Shown in pieces: positions 17,429-25,836 of a stretch of DNA of 64,000 bases. A program made the position numbers and the translations under genes. The notes under the pieces are model-generated. The model saw nothing but the letters and a program-made list of their open reading frames with translations, ran no database searches and was not told the DNA's origin. Position 1 is the stretch's first letter, and every line of letters starts with the position of its first letter. Source of the stretch: an uncultured Acidobacteriota bacterium (GTDB taxonomy: Bacteria > Acidobacteriota > Vicinamibacteria > Vicinamibacterales > 2-12-FULL-66-21); the NCBI GenBank assembly GCA_963836665.1, contig CAWIKL010000004.1, positions 321,179 to 385,178 of the forward strand, read 5' to 3'.

Positions 17429-20389
17429 CTATTGTAATTTGTCCTTCGTGAGGTCCGCCGTGATGGTGGCTGGTTCGCCGAACTTGATGGTGGTAATCAC
17501 CTTGTGGTCAGGGAACTGGGGGTTCTTGAACACGATCTCGCGTACGCCGAGCCGGATCGACACGTTGGCGAGCGGAGTGTCTCCCTGCTTCTGGCCGTCC
17601 ACGTAGACCTCGGCCCAGGGGACGGCGTTGATGTTGGCACTTCCGCGCGGATCGACGGTGATCCGGGTCGTCTCGCCGGCCTCGATGTCGATCGAGTGTG
17701 AGCCGGTATAGTTCAAGTCCTTGTTTTCGAAAACCAGCTCGTGATGGCCCGGACCGAGCATGATCTGCTGGTCGCTCGTGCCGAGCGAGCGGCCGTTCTC
17801 GGCGACCTCGAGCACGATCGGCGCGGAGATCATCGCGAAGCCGGAGAAGACCGCGACGTCCAGCGAGATCGTCTTGCCCGGCTCGATACGGACGGCCCGC
17901 TTGATCGATCCCGCTTCCCCCTGCAGTGTGACGACGTGGCGCCCAGGTGTGAGCGCGTCGACGGTCATCGGCGTGGTGCCGACGAACCTGCCGTCCACGA
18001 GCACCCGCGCACCGGCCGGCTCCGTGGTGACGGCGAGGTGGGCGTCGGAGCCGTTGCCCGCGTGTGCCGCCGGGGGCGGCGCCTTCTTGATCGCCTCTTC
18101 GACTTTCTTGATGCCGAGCGTCGGCGTCGGGACTTCCGATGGCAGGTAGCCTTTCGTCAGCGCGAACGTGCCGACGATCAGGACACCGCCGGCAGCGATC
18201 AGTTTCCAGGGGATGCTCCGCGGCTCCTCCTCGACGGCGACCGGCGAGTAGGCCTCGGCCGCCGACATGTCGACGGGCTCGTGGCGGCTGTCGGCGCGTG
18301 ATGGGCCGGCCGCGTGCGCGCCATCTTCGTCTTTCAACTTGATTGCCGGCGTGGCGGCGGACTGCAGCTTGATCAGGGCGGGCCTGGTTGCAGCGACCGG
18401 CGCGATTTCGACGGCCGGTGGCGGTTCGAAGTCTGGCGTCCAGGTCTCCGCTTCGGCCGGAGGCTGGTAGATCGGGTACCCGCGATTTGCAGCCGCGGCA
18501 GCTGACCGCGGGGCCTCGGCCTCTTGCGACGGCAGCATCGCGGCGAGAGTGGCGGCGGTGTCGCGCTCGCGCGCCTCCTGTTGGGCCCGAGCATCTGCTT
18601 CAGCCTGGAGACGAGCGCGTTCTTCCGCCGCGGCGCGTTCCCGGCGCTCCGCCTCTTCGCGGGCCTTCCGCTCGGCCTCGTCACGCGCTTTGCGCTCCGC
18701 TTCTTCGCGGACTTTGCGTTCGGCCTCTTGGTGGGCTTTGCGCTCCGCTTCTTCGCGGGCCTTGCGTTCGGCTTCTTCGCGGACTTTGCGTTCGGCTTCT
18801 TCCCGGGCCTTGCGTTCGGCTTCTTCGCGAGCCTTGCGTTCGGCCTCTTCGCGGACTTTGCGCTCGGCCTCTTCGCGGGCCTTGCGCTCGGCTTCTTCGC
18901 GGACTTTGCGCTCCGCCTCCTCGTGGGCTTTGCGCTCGGTTTCTTCGCGAGCCTTGCGTTCCGCCTCTTCGCTGACTTTTCGTTCGGCCTCTTCGCGGGT
19001 TTTGCGTTCGGCCTCTTCGCGGGCCTTGCGTTCCGCTTCTTCGCGAGCCTTGCGCTCGGTTTCTTCGCGGACTTTGCGCTCCGCTTCCTCGCGGGCTTTG
19101 CGCTCGGCCTCCTCGCGGGCCTTGCGTTCGGCTTCTTCGCGAGCCTTGCGCTCGGCCTCCTCCCGGGCCTTGCGTTCGGCCTCTTCGTGGGCTTTGCGCT
19201 CGGCTTCTTCGCGGGCTTGGCGCTCGGCTTCGTCGCGAGCCTTGCGTTCGGCTTCTTCGCGGGCTTTGCGTTCGGCCTCCTCACGGGCTACTTGCTCGGC
19301 CTCGCGCGCACGCTGTTCGGTGTCCAGTCGCTCGCGTTCGCGGCGTTCGGTTTCTTCACGCGCTGCGGCCTCTTCGCGCGCGGCGCGTTCCGCTTCGAGT
19401 CTGGCCACCTCCGCGCGCTCCGCCTCGATGCGTTCGGCTTCGCCACCTTCAGCGTGACGCCGCGCAGCGTCGGCTTCCCCCGCGGAAGCGCGCTCACGGT
19501 CGGCGGTGTCGACCTGCTGAAAGAACTCGACCATCGCGTTGCGGCAGGTCGTGATCCCGACCTCCTTGCGCAGCAGCTTGCGCAGGTCGATGGCGGCTTC
19601 GTCGGCCGACGTCAGGGCGGTCTTGCGCGTCGCGAGCGGGAGCGCCGCCGCGAAAAACCTGTCGAGCCCGTCCGCGAACGCTTTCGATGCGCGGATGCTC
19701 GCGATCTCGATGATTTCCTGGCGCAGTGCCGGCAGCCCGTCGAGATACTCGTTGTCGCGGAGAGGCCGTCCGACGATGAGCGCGGCGGTAGCGAGCGCGG
19801 CTTGGGTGAGATCCGCCGCTTTGTCGAAGCGCGGCGAGCCGGCAGTCGATGGAAAAGCCAGGCGCAACTCCGCCCACAGCCGCTTGCGGGTCAACTGCAG
19901 GCGCTCCAGCGCCTCCGCGTAGATCGCGTCGAGAAGGACGATCTGTCCCGCGGCGGTGACCATGATCCGGCCGGGCCCGATCGCCCCGTGCGTGAGGCCG
20001 GCGTCGTGGAGCCGGGAGAGTGCCGGCAGCAGCTCGAGCAGGAGCCCGAGGCCGGCGTCGAGGCCGGCGACGATCCCCTGGTCCGCGGCGGCGTCGAGCA
20101 CGTCGGAGAGGCGGCGCCCTCTGACGTAGTCCGAGATCACCGAGAGGCCGCCGTCCGCCTCGGTTTCGATCGTTCGCGGCCGCGCGAACCGCTCGTCCTC
20201 GAGGCCGGCGATAATCGGCAGGCGCTCCTGCAGGGGCTTGAGGAAGATCCTCAGCTCGGGACGCAGGCGAAGGCGCTCGCGCAGCTCGCCGCTTTCCCGA
20301 TCGAACACGAGCACACGACGACCCAGACCGTCTTCATAGCCGGACGAAGACTCGGACAACCCGGAGTCGTGGGCAGCGGACATGTGCAC
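17429..20389 (-). CDS. Membrane pseudokinase with long ER/K repeat helix and periplasmic PEGA domains
   Basis: 986 aa. Residues ~1-215 follow a Hanks kinase fold, but the VAIK Lys, HRD Asp and catalytic Asn are replaced (LHDAGLTHGAIGPGRIMV; LLDAIY). Next come a Glu/Arg/Lys/Ala helix with ~27 EEAERKAR units, a Pro/Ala linker, and one TM helix (IPWKLIAAGGVLIVGTFALT). These are followed by PEGA-like domains (VTTEPAGARVLVDGRFVGTTP; AVPWAEVYVDGQKQGDTP). Confidence 0.8.
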   Translation of the reverse strand: MHMSAAHDSGLSESSSGYEDGLGRRVLVFDRESGELRERLRLRPELRIFLKPLQERLPIIAGLEDERFARPRTIETEADGGLSVISDYVRGRRLSDVLDAAADQGIVAGLDAGLGLLLELLPALSRLHDAGLTHGAIGPGRIMVTAAGQIVLLDAIYAEALERLQLTRKRLWAELRLAFPSTAGSPRFDKAADLTQAALATAALIVGRPLRDNEYLDGLPALRQEIIEIASIRASKAFADGLDRFFAAALPLATRKTALTSADEAAIDLRKLLRKEVGITTCRNAMVEFFQQVDTADRERASAGEADAARRHAEGGEAERIEAERAEVARLEAERAAREEAAAREETERRERERLDTEQRAREAEQVAREEAERKAREEAERKARDEAERQAREEAERKAHEEAERKAREEAERKAREEAERKAREEAERKAREEAERKVREETERKAREEAERKAREEAERKTREEAERKVSEEAERKAREETERKAHEEAERKVREEAERKAREEAERKVREEAERKAREEAERKAREEAERKVREEAERKAREEAERKAHQEAERKVREEAERKARDEAERKAREEAERRERAAAEERARLQAEADARAQQEARERDTAATLAAMLPSQEAEAPRSAAAAANRGYPIYQPPAEAETWTPDFEPPPAVEIAPVAATRPALIKLQSAATPAIKLKDEDGAHAAGPSRADSRHEPVDMSAAEAYSPVAVEEEPRSIPWKLIAAGGVLIVGTFALTKGYLPSEVPTPTLGIKKVEEAIKKAPPPAAHAGNGSDAHLAVTTEPAGARVLVDGRFVGTTPMTVDALTPGRHVVTLQGEAGSIKRAVRIEPGKTISLDVAVFSGFAMISAPIVLEVAENGRSLGTSDQQIMLGPGHHELVFENKDLNYTGSHSIDIEAGETTRITVDPRGSANINAVPWAEVYVDGQKQGDTPLANVSIRLGVREIVFKNPQFPDHKVITTIKFGEPATITADLTKDKLQ
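18641..19289 (-). repeat. About 27 tandem 24-bp units inside the pseudokinase CDS encoding (EEAERKAR)n
   Basis: Plus-strand units such as GCGGGCCTTGCGTTCGGCTTCTTC recur head to tail. Copies differ mainly at synonymous or conservative positions (K-A/K-V/K-T, R/H/S). No stop codon occurs in any of the six frames, which creates several ~300-aa phantom ORFs in the track. Confidence 0.95.
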
Positions 20390-20556
20390 GGGCCCACCAG
20401 GATTGCAACCCGCGCACCATCGTGCGATCGGTGTGCCAGCGGCGGTAACGCCTGCTGGTGTTGCAGTTAGGGTGAGCGTGTCTTGTGGCAGAACACTATC
20501 CGATCACAGTTTCGTCGGCAACTGTTCAGAAGCTGCAACTGCGATAGAGTCCGTCC

Positions 20557-20829
20557 ATGGTCGATCTGACGGAAATCGCCGCGCTGAAGGCGTCGCTGCG
20601 CGGTGCACGTGCGGCCGCGGCCGCTCTCGGTGACGTTGCAGACCGGGTCGAGGCCGCTGACCCGCATGCCGACGTCTTCGACGCCGACCTGGACGACCTG
20701 CAGCGCCTCACGCTGGCAAACGCCCTCGCCGCACAGGCTCTCCGCGGACTCGTCGAGTCGATGCTGAAACGGCGCGGCAAGTTAGCCGTCGCGAGCGTCG
20801 ACCCAGGGCAAGCGGGAGTTGATGAGTGA
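20557..20829 (+). CDS. Hypothetical 90-aa Ala-rich protein (weak call)
   Basis: ATG ORF with mostly G/C third positions, divergent from the pseudokinase gene. No recognisable motif. Its stop lies inside the heptamer array. Confidence 0.35.
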   Translation: MVDLTEIAALKASLRGARAAAAALGDVADRVEAADPHADVFDADLDDLQRLTLANALAAQALRGLVESMLKRRGKLAVASVDPGQAGVDE

Positions 20830-20889
20830 TGAGTGGTGTCGAGGCCGCAGGGCGGAAGCTGCGAGCTGAAAGCTGGAAGCCGAAAGCTG
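20820..20889. repeat. Tandem heptamer array (TGATGAG x2 ... GAAGCTG/CGAGCTG/AAAGCTG/GAAGCCG/AAAGCTG)
   Basis: Ten consecutive 7-nt units in register from 20820 to 20889, ending 17 nt from the 3' end of tRNA-Ala. Confidence 0.85.
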
Positions 20890-20905
20890 AGACTACGGGA
20901 AGAAT

Positions 20906-20981
20906 TGGTGGACGCGAAGAGGATCGAACTCTTGGCCTCTGCATTGCGAACGCAGCGCTCTCCCAGCTGAGCTACGCGCCC
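20906..20981 (-). tRNA. tRNA-Ala (anticodon CGC), CCA encoded
   Basis: The reverse complement GGGCGCGTAGCTCAGCTGGGAGAGCGCTGCGTTCGCAATGCAGAGGCCAAGAGTTCGATCCTCTTCGCGTCCACCA folds as a 76-nt cloverleaf. Anticodon loop TTCGCAA. G3:U70 alanine identity pair present. Confidence 0.95.
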
Positions 20982-21062
20982 ACTCACGACTCCCGCTACT
21001 AGAAGCGAACACCCAAGTCTACCACTGCCGATTCATCAGAGCAATGCCTCGGCCTTGGCGAG

Positions 21063-21932
21063 CTAGACGTCGCAGAGTGCAACAGCCTCGCGAAGCGAGG
21101 TCAGCGGATCCCGCGTCGGCACGAACTCGTGCGCCATGTAGCCCGGGAAGCCGACATCGACGAGCGCCTGCGCGACCGCGCGCCAGTTCACTTCCTGCGC
21201 CCCGTCGAGCTCATGACGCCCCGGCACCCCGCCGGTATGGACGTGCGCGATCCAGTCCTTGGTGTCGCGGATCGTCCGGATCAGATCGCCTTCCATGATC
21301 TGCATGTGGTAGGCGTCGTAGAGCAGCTTCACGCGCGGTGAGTTGACCGCCTTCACGATCTCCAGGCCGAACGCGGTGTGGTCCCCCTGGTAGTCCTTGT
21401 GATCGACCTTGCTATTGAGCAGTTCGACGCAGATCGTCACCCCGTTGTCCTCGCCGATCTTCTTGACGCGGTTGAGCCCCTCGACGCAGTTGGCCTTGGC
21501 CTCCTCGTCGCCGAGCCCCATGCGGTTGCCGAAGAAGGTGATCACGTTCGGGATCTTCATCGCCGCGGCCTTGGGGATGTTCTCCTCGAACCCCTTCACA
21601 ATGGCGTCGTGGTTGCGCTTGTAGTTGAGGCCGTCCTTGATCGAGCCCCCGCCGGCGTAGGCCATCGAACAGAGCAGGCCGTGATCGGCGACACTCTGCC
21701 ACTCGTTCGGCTGAAGGAGATCGATCGCGGTCAGTCCCATCGCCTTCACCGCCTCGCAGAACTCCGGCATCGGGATCTTCCCGTAGCACCAGCGCGACAC
21801 CGACTGCTTCAGGCGGCCGCTCTTGACGACGCGCCCTGACGGCGGCGTGGTGCCCTGGGCATACGAGTGCGCGGCGAACGCCGTCATTCCGAGCGTGGCG
21901 CCGAGCGCCTCGCGGCGAGTGAATGTGGCCAT
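21063..21932 (-). CDS. Tat-exported sugar phosphate isomerase/epimerase (hydroxypyruvate isomerase-like TIM barrel)
   Basis: ATG 21932 is preceded by GGAGGGAG. Twin-arginine signal MATFTRREALGATLGMTAFAAHSYA. Xylose-isomerase-like motifs VCVELLN and HVHTGGVPGRHE. Confidence 0.8.
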   Translation of the reverse strand: MATFTRREALGATLGMTAFAAHSYAQGTTPPSGRVVKSGRLKQSVSRWCYGKIPMPEFCEAVKAMGLTAIDLLQPNEWQSVADHGLLCSMAYAGGGSIKDGLNYKRNHDAIVKGFEENIPKAAAMKIPNVITFFGNRMGLGDEEAKANCVEGLNRVKKIGEDNGVTICVELLNSKVDHKDYQGDHTAFGLEIVKAVNSPRVKLLYDAYHMQIMEGDLIRTIRDTKDWIAHVHTGGVPGRHELDGAQEVNWRAVAQALVDVGFPGYMAHEFVPTRDPLTSLREAVALCDV

Positions 21933-21977
21933 GATCGATCTCCCTCCTTCGCTCCGCGGAAAGTATAATCGGCACCG

Positions 21978-23078
21978 ATGTCTTTCCGGATGCCATTCCT
22001 GACGCCCGCCGTCGCGGCGGTGTTTGCCGTGGCGCTCGCCGCCTCGGTGGAGGGGCAGCGGGGCGCTGCGCCGCCGCGCCCGCCGGCCGGACAGGCCGCG
22101 CCGTCCCCGACGACCGGCGCCGATCCGCGCGAGACCACCGCGCGCAAGCTGTGCACGACTTGTCATCCCTTCGAGAACGTCATCGCCATCCGCCGCACCC
22201 GCGCGCAGTGGGAGGCGACGGTCGAGAACATGACCGGCCGCGGCGCTCGCGGAACGCCCGAGGAGTTCGCGGCGGTCATCGACTTCCTGTCGGAGAGGTA
22301 CGGGCTGACCGCTCCTAATACAGGAGGATGGTCGCCCGGTGCGGACGACAAACCAATCGTTGATGGGAAGGCGGTCGCGGCCGCAGAGCCGCTATGGACC
22401 GAGGACTGCGCGACCTGCCATGGAAGAGACGCGCGCGGGACGTCGAAAGGCCCCAACCTTGTGCGCTCGCTGCTGGTGTTGAGCGACCGCTACGGTAACA
22501 AGATAGGGCCGTATCTCCGGTCGCAGCATCCGAAGCTGCCGTCTGGCAAGATCCTGGAGCCGACCGATACCCAGGTCTTGCTCTTCGCTCACCTGCTGCG
22601 GTCGCGCCTGAACGACACGCTACGCGGCGCACCGATGTTCAAGCCCGGCAACGTCCTCGTCGGCGACGCCAAGGCGGGCGCCGCCTACTTCAGCGGCGAC
22701 GGCCGCTGCACGCAGTGTCATTCGGCGACCGGCGATCTCGCTGGCATCGCCTCGCGCTTCAGCGATCCAGTGAACCTGCAGCAGCGTGTGCTGTTCCCAT
22801 TCGGCGTTGGCGGGCGCCGCGGTGGCACCGGGCGGGCGCCCGTGGTGCGCGTCACCGTCACGCCGCCGTCCGGGCCGGCCGTCACGGGTGACCTGGTGCA
22901 GATGGACGACTTCTACGTGACGCTCCGCGGCGAAGACGGCCAGCCGCGGACGTTCCGCCGCGCACCCGGAGTGAAACTGGTGAAGGACGATCCGTTCGCG
23001 GCGCACGTCGCGCTCCTCGATCAGATCACCGACCCGCAGATTCACGACGTCGTCGCGTATCTCTGGACACTGAAATGA
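21978..23078 (+). CDS. Triheme c-type cytochrome
   Basis: Signal peptide, then three CxxCH motifs (CTTCH, CATCH, CTQCH). The stop overlaps the downstream PQQ dehydrogenase start (ATGA at 23075-23078). Confidence 0.8.
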   Translation: MSFRMPFLTPAVAAVFAVALAASVEGQRGAAPPRPPAGQAAPSPTTGADPRETTARKLCTTCHPFENVIAIRRTRAQWEATVENMTGRGARGTPEEFAAVIDFLSERYGLTAPNTGGWSPGADDKPIVDGKAVAAAEPLWTEDCATCHGRDARGTSKGPNLVRSLLVLSDRYGNKIGPYLRSQHPKLPSGKILEPTDTQVLLFAHLLRSRLNDTLRGAPMFKPGNVLVGDAKAGAAYFSGDGRCTQCHSATGDLAGIASRFSDPVNLQQRVLFPFGVGGRRGGTGRAPVVRVTVTPPSGPAVTGDLVQMDDFYVTLRGEDGQPRTFRRAPGVKLVKDDPFAAHVALLDQITDPQIHDVVAYLWTLK

Positions 23079-24624
23079 AACGACTCATCCTGAGCGGCAT
23101 GCTGCTCTCCTCGGCCGCGCTCGCCGCCCAGCAGGCGATGCCGACCGACGCGTGGCCGAGTTACAACGGCGATTATACGGGCCGTCGCTTCAGCACGCTG
23201 ACCAAGGTCAACGAGAAGAACGTCCAGCATCTCAGTCTGGCCTGGTCCTACCGGCTCAGCGTGCCAGGCGCCGGACCGATCAAGGGCACGCCGCTGATGC
23301 TGAACGGCGTCCTCTATCTGACCGCGCCGGATCACGTCTGGGCGATCGACGCGCGCACCAGCCGCGAGATCTGGCACTGGGAGAACAAGTCGGTCGGGGG
23401 CATCCCGATAGGGAACCGTGGCGTTGCCATCAAAGGGGACAATCTCTACGTCGAGACGCGCGACTGCAATCTCGTCTCGCTGACGATCAAGGACGGCAAG
23501 GAGCGCTGGCGCAAGAACATCTGCAACCTTGATCAGGTACTACTACGCCTCCGTGGCGCCCATTGTCGTCGGCACCCACGTCATCACCGGCGTCAGCGGC
23601 GACGACCTCGATGTCCCCGGCTACCTCGAGTCGCACGACGCGGAGACGGGGGAGCGCGAGTGGCGATGGTACGTCGTGCCGCAGAAGGCGGACGATCCAG
23701 GGATCGAATCGTGGCCGAATCTCGAAGCGGCACAGCACGGCGGCGGCATGACCTGGCAGCCGGTCACCTACGATCCCGAGCTGAATCTGATCTACGTCAC
23801 CACCGGCAATCCGCAGCCGGTCGTCGCTTACGCCAACCGCGCCGGCGACAATCTATTCACCGCCAGCATCGTCGCGCTCAATCCCGATAACGGAAAGATG
23901 AAGTGGTATTTCCAGTCGTCGCCGCACGACACCCACGACTGGGACGCGACGCAGACGCCGGTCCTCTTCGACGGCGAGATCAGCGGGCAGCCGCACAAGA
24001 TGCTGGCGCAGGCATCGCGCAACGGCAAGTTCTATGTCCTCGATCGTGCGACAGGGAAGGCGCTCGTCTCGTCCGATTTCGTTCGCACCAACTGGTCGAA
24101 GGGCTTCAACGAGAACGGACAGCCGATTCCCAATCCCGACAAGAACCCGCAAATCGCCGGCGCGCTCGTCACGCCCAACCAGGGAGGCGCGGCCAACTGG
24201 CCGCCGCCGTCGTTCAGCCCGCAGACCGGCTTGTTCTACGTCAGCGCGGCGCAGGCCTACAGCGTCTGGTACATCTACGATCCCGGCGACAACCCCCAGG
24301 GCTGGGGCGGCACCGATCGCGGCGGCTGGTCGCAGTACACTGGTGCAGGCCGTCGACTACACGACCGGCAGGGTCCGCTGGAGCCATAAGTGGGAAGGGG
24401 GCGGCATGTCGGGCATCCTGAGCACGGCGGGGAACCTCGTGTTCACGGGCGACGGCAGCAGCGGCAACTTCGTTGCGCTGAACGCGGCCACCGGCGACCC
24501 GCTGTGGCACGCGAGCGTGCGGGCGCCGGTCAGCAACGGCGCGATCACCTACGAGATGGACGGCCTGCAGTACGTGGTCGTCGGCGCCGGCGACACGTTG
24601 TGGGCCTTCGTAATGAACGACTAG
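23075..24624 (+). pseudogene. PQQ-dependent dehydrogenase (quinoprotein, 8-bladed propeller type) split into three frames
   Basis: Piece 1 (23075 frame) is good up to ..KNICNLDQ. Piece 2 (23529 frame) is YYYASVAPIVVG...GGGMTWQPVTYDPELNLIYVTTGNPQP...HDTHDWDATQTPVLFD...GGWSQ. Piece 3 (24034 frame) is LVQAVDYTTGRVRWSHKW...YVVVGAGDTLWAFVMND. The breaks are at about 23534-23540 and 24330-24340. Confidence 0.8.
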
Positions 24625-24657
24625 GATGCCCGCCGGCCCGGGATCGGCCTATCGAAC

Positions 24658-25836
24658 CTAACTCCGCTCGAGTACGTCCAGGTACTTGAGCGCCCCACCG
24701 GTGTTGAACAGCACCACCGTTTCGGAGGGGGCGACGACGCCACGCGACAGCAGGTGCTTGAGCGCCGTCAGGGATGCTCCCCCCTCGGGCGCAGCGCTGA
24801 TGCCTTCGAGCGCGCCCAGTTCCTTCATGTCGCGGACCATGTCGGCGTCGGTGACGGCGAGCGCGGTGCCGCCGCTCTCGCGGACAGCGCGCAGGACGAG
24901 AAAATCGCCGATCGCCTTGGGCACGCGCAGGCCGTCGGCGACGGTGCGGGCGTTGGGGAAGAGCTCCGAGCGTTCTTTGCCTTCCTCGAACGCCTTGACG
25001 ATCGGGGCGCAGTGTTCGGCCTGCACTGACACCATCTTCGGCCGCCGGCCGGACTCCTTCCAGCCGATTGCTTCCAACTCCTCGAAGGCCTTCCACATGC
25101 CGACCATGCCGGTGCCGCCGCCGGTCGGGTAGACGATCCAATCGGGGAACTGCCAATCGAGCTGCTCGCCGAGCTCGTAGGCCATCGTCTTTTTTCCCTC
25201 GATGCGGTAGGGCTCCTTCAGGGTTGAGACGTCGTACCAACCGAGCGGCTTACCCTTTTCGGCGGCGATGCGGCCGGCGTCGGTGATCAGGCCGTCGACC
25301 AGTGTGACGTGGGCTCCGTAGAGCTCGCACTCGCGGATGAAGGGGACCTTCACGTCCTTCGGCATGAAGACCTGCGCCGGGATGCCGGCGGCCGCCGCGT
25401 ACGCCGCCATGGCGTTTGCCGCGTTGCCGGCCGACGGGACCGAGAGCGTCTTCGCGCCGAGGACGGCGGCCTTCGTCACCGCCGCCGACAGGCCGCGCGC
25501 CTTGAACGAGTTGGTCGGGTTGAGCGATTCGTCCTTGACGAACAGGCGTGAGAGACCGAGCGTCGCACCGAGCCGCTTGGCGTGCACGAGCGGCGTCCAG
25601 CCTTCGCCGAGCGACACCGGCTGCTCCCCCTCGAAGAGCGGCATCAGCTCGCGGTAGCGCCACATCGAGGCCTCGCGTCCCGCCAGCGACGCTTTCGTCC
25701 AGGCGCGCGCCGCGCTCAGATCGTAACGCGCCAGCAGCGGCATCGCGCACTTCGGGCAAAGATGCTGCTCGACCCGCGCGTCATAGCGCTCCCCGCTGCA
25801 GGGAACGCTGCATTCAAGATGGGTGAAGTAGCGCAT
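24658..25836 (-). CDS. thrC: Threonine synthase
   Basis: ATG 25836 (MRYFTHLECSVPCSGERYD). PLP-lysine motif NPTNSFKARG. YPTGGGTGMVGMWKAF. The track start at 25905 only extends into the repeat array. Confidence 0.9.
   Translation of the reverse strand: MRYFTHLECSVPCSGERYDARVEQHLCPKCAMPLLARYDLSAARAWTKASLAGREASMWRYRELMPLFEGEQPVSLGEGWTPLVHAKRLGATLGLSRLFVKDESLNPTNSFKARGLSAAVTKAAVLGAKTLSVPSAGNAANAMAAYAAAAGIPAQVFMPKDVKVPFIRECELYGAHVTLVDGLITDAGRIAAEKGKPLGWYDVSTLKEPYRIEGKKTMAYELGEQLDWQFPDWIVYPTGGGTGMVGMWKAFEELEAIGWKESGRRPKMVSVQAEHCAPIVKAFEEGKERSELFPNARTVADGLRVPKAIGDFLVLRAVRESGGTALAVTDADMVRDMKELGALEGISAAPEGGASLTALKHLLSRGVVAPSETVVLFNTGGALKYLDVLERS

Noticed and set aside
18641-19289. Regular 24-bp periodicity that could be mistaken for a CRISPR array; the same applies to the 7-8 nt arrays at 3501, 20820, 25837, 27293 and 52482
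   Set aside because: The units are directly tandem with no unique spacers. The 24-bp array lies inside a continuous coding frame, and units of 7-8 nt are far too short. No cas genes are present in the window.
18373-19457. Roughly 300-aa ORFs in other frames and on the opposite strand across the 24-bp repeat (for example 18373-19284 minus, 18549-19457 plus, 18524-20470 plus)
   Set aside because: The repeat unit lacks stop codons in all six frames, so these ORFs are a by-product. Only the EEAERKAR frame connects to recognisable flanking domains.
20390-21062. tRNA-Ala flank as a possible genomic-island integration site
   Set aside because: There is no integrase, no direct repeat of the tRNA 3' end, and no mobile-element genes on either side. 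Only a weak 90-aa ORF and a heptamer array are present.
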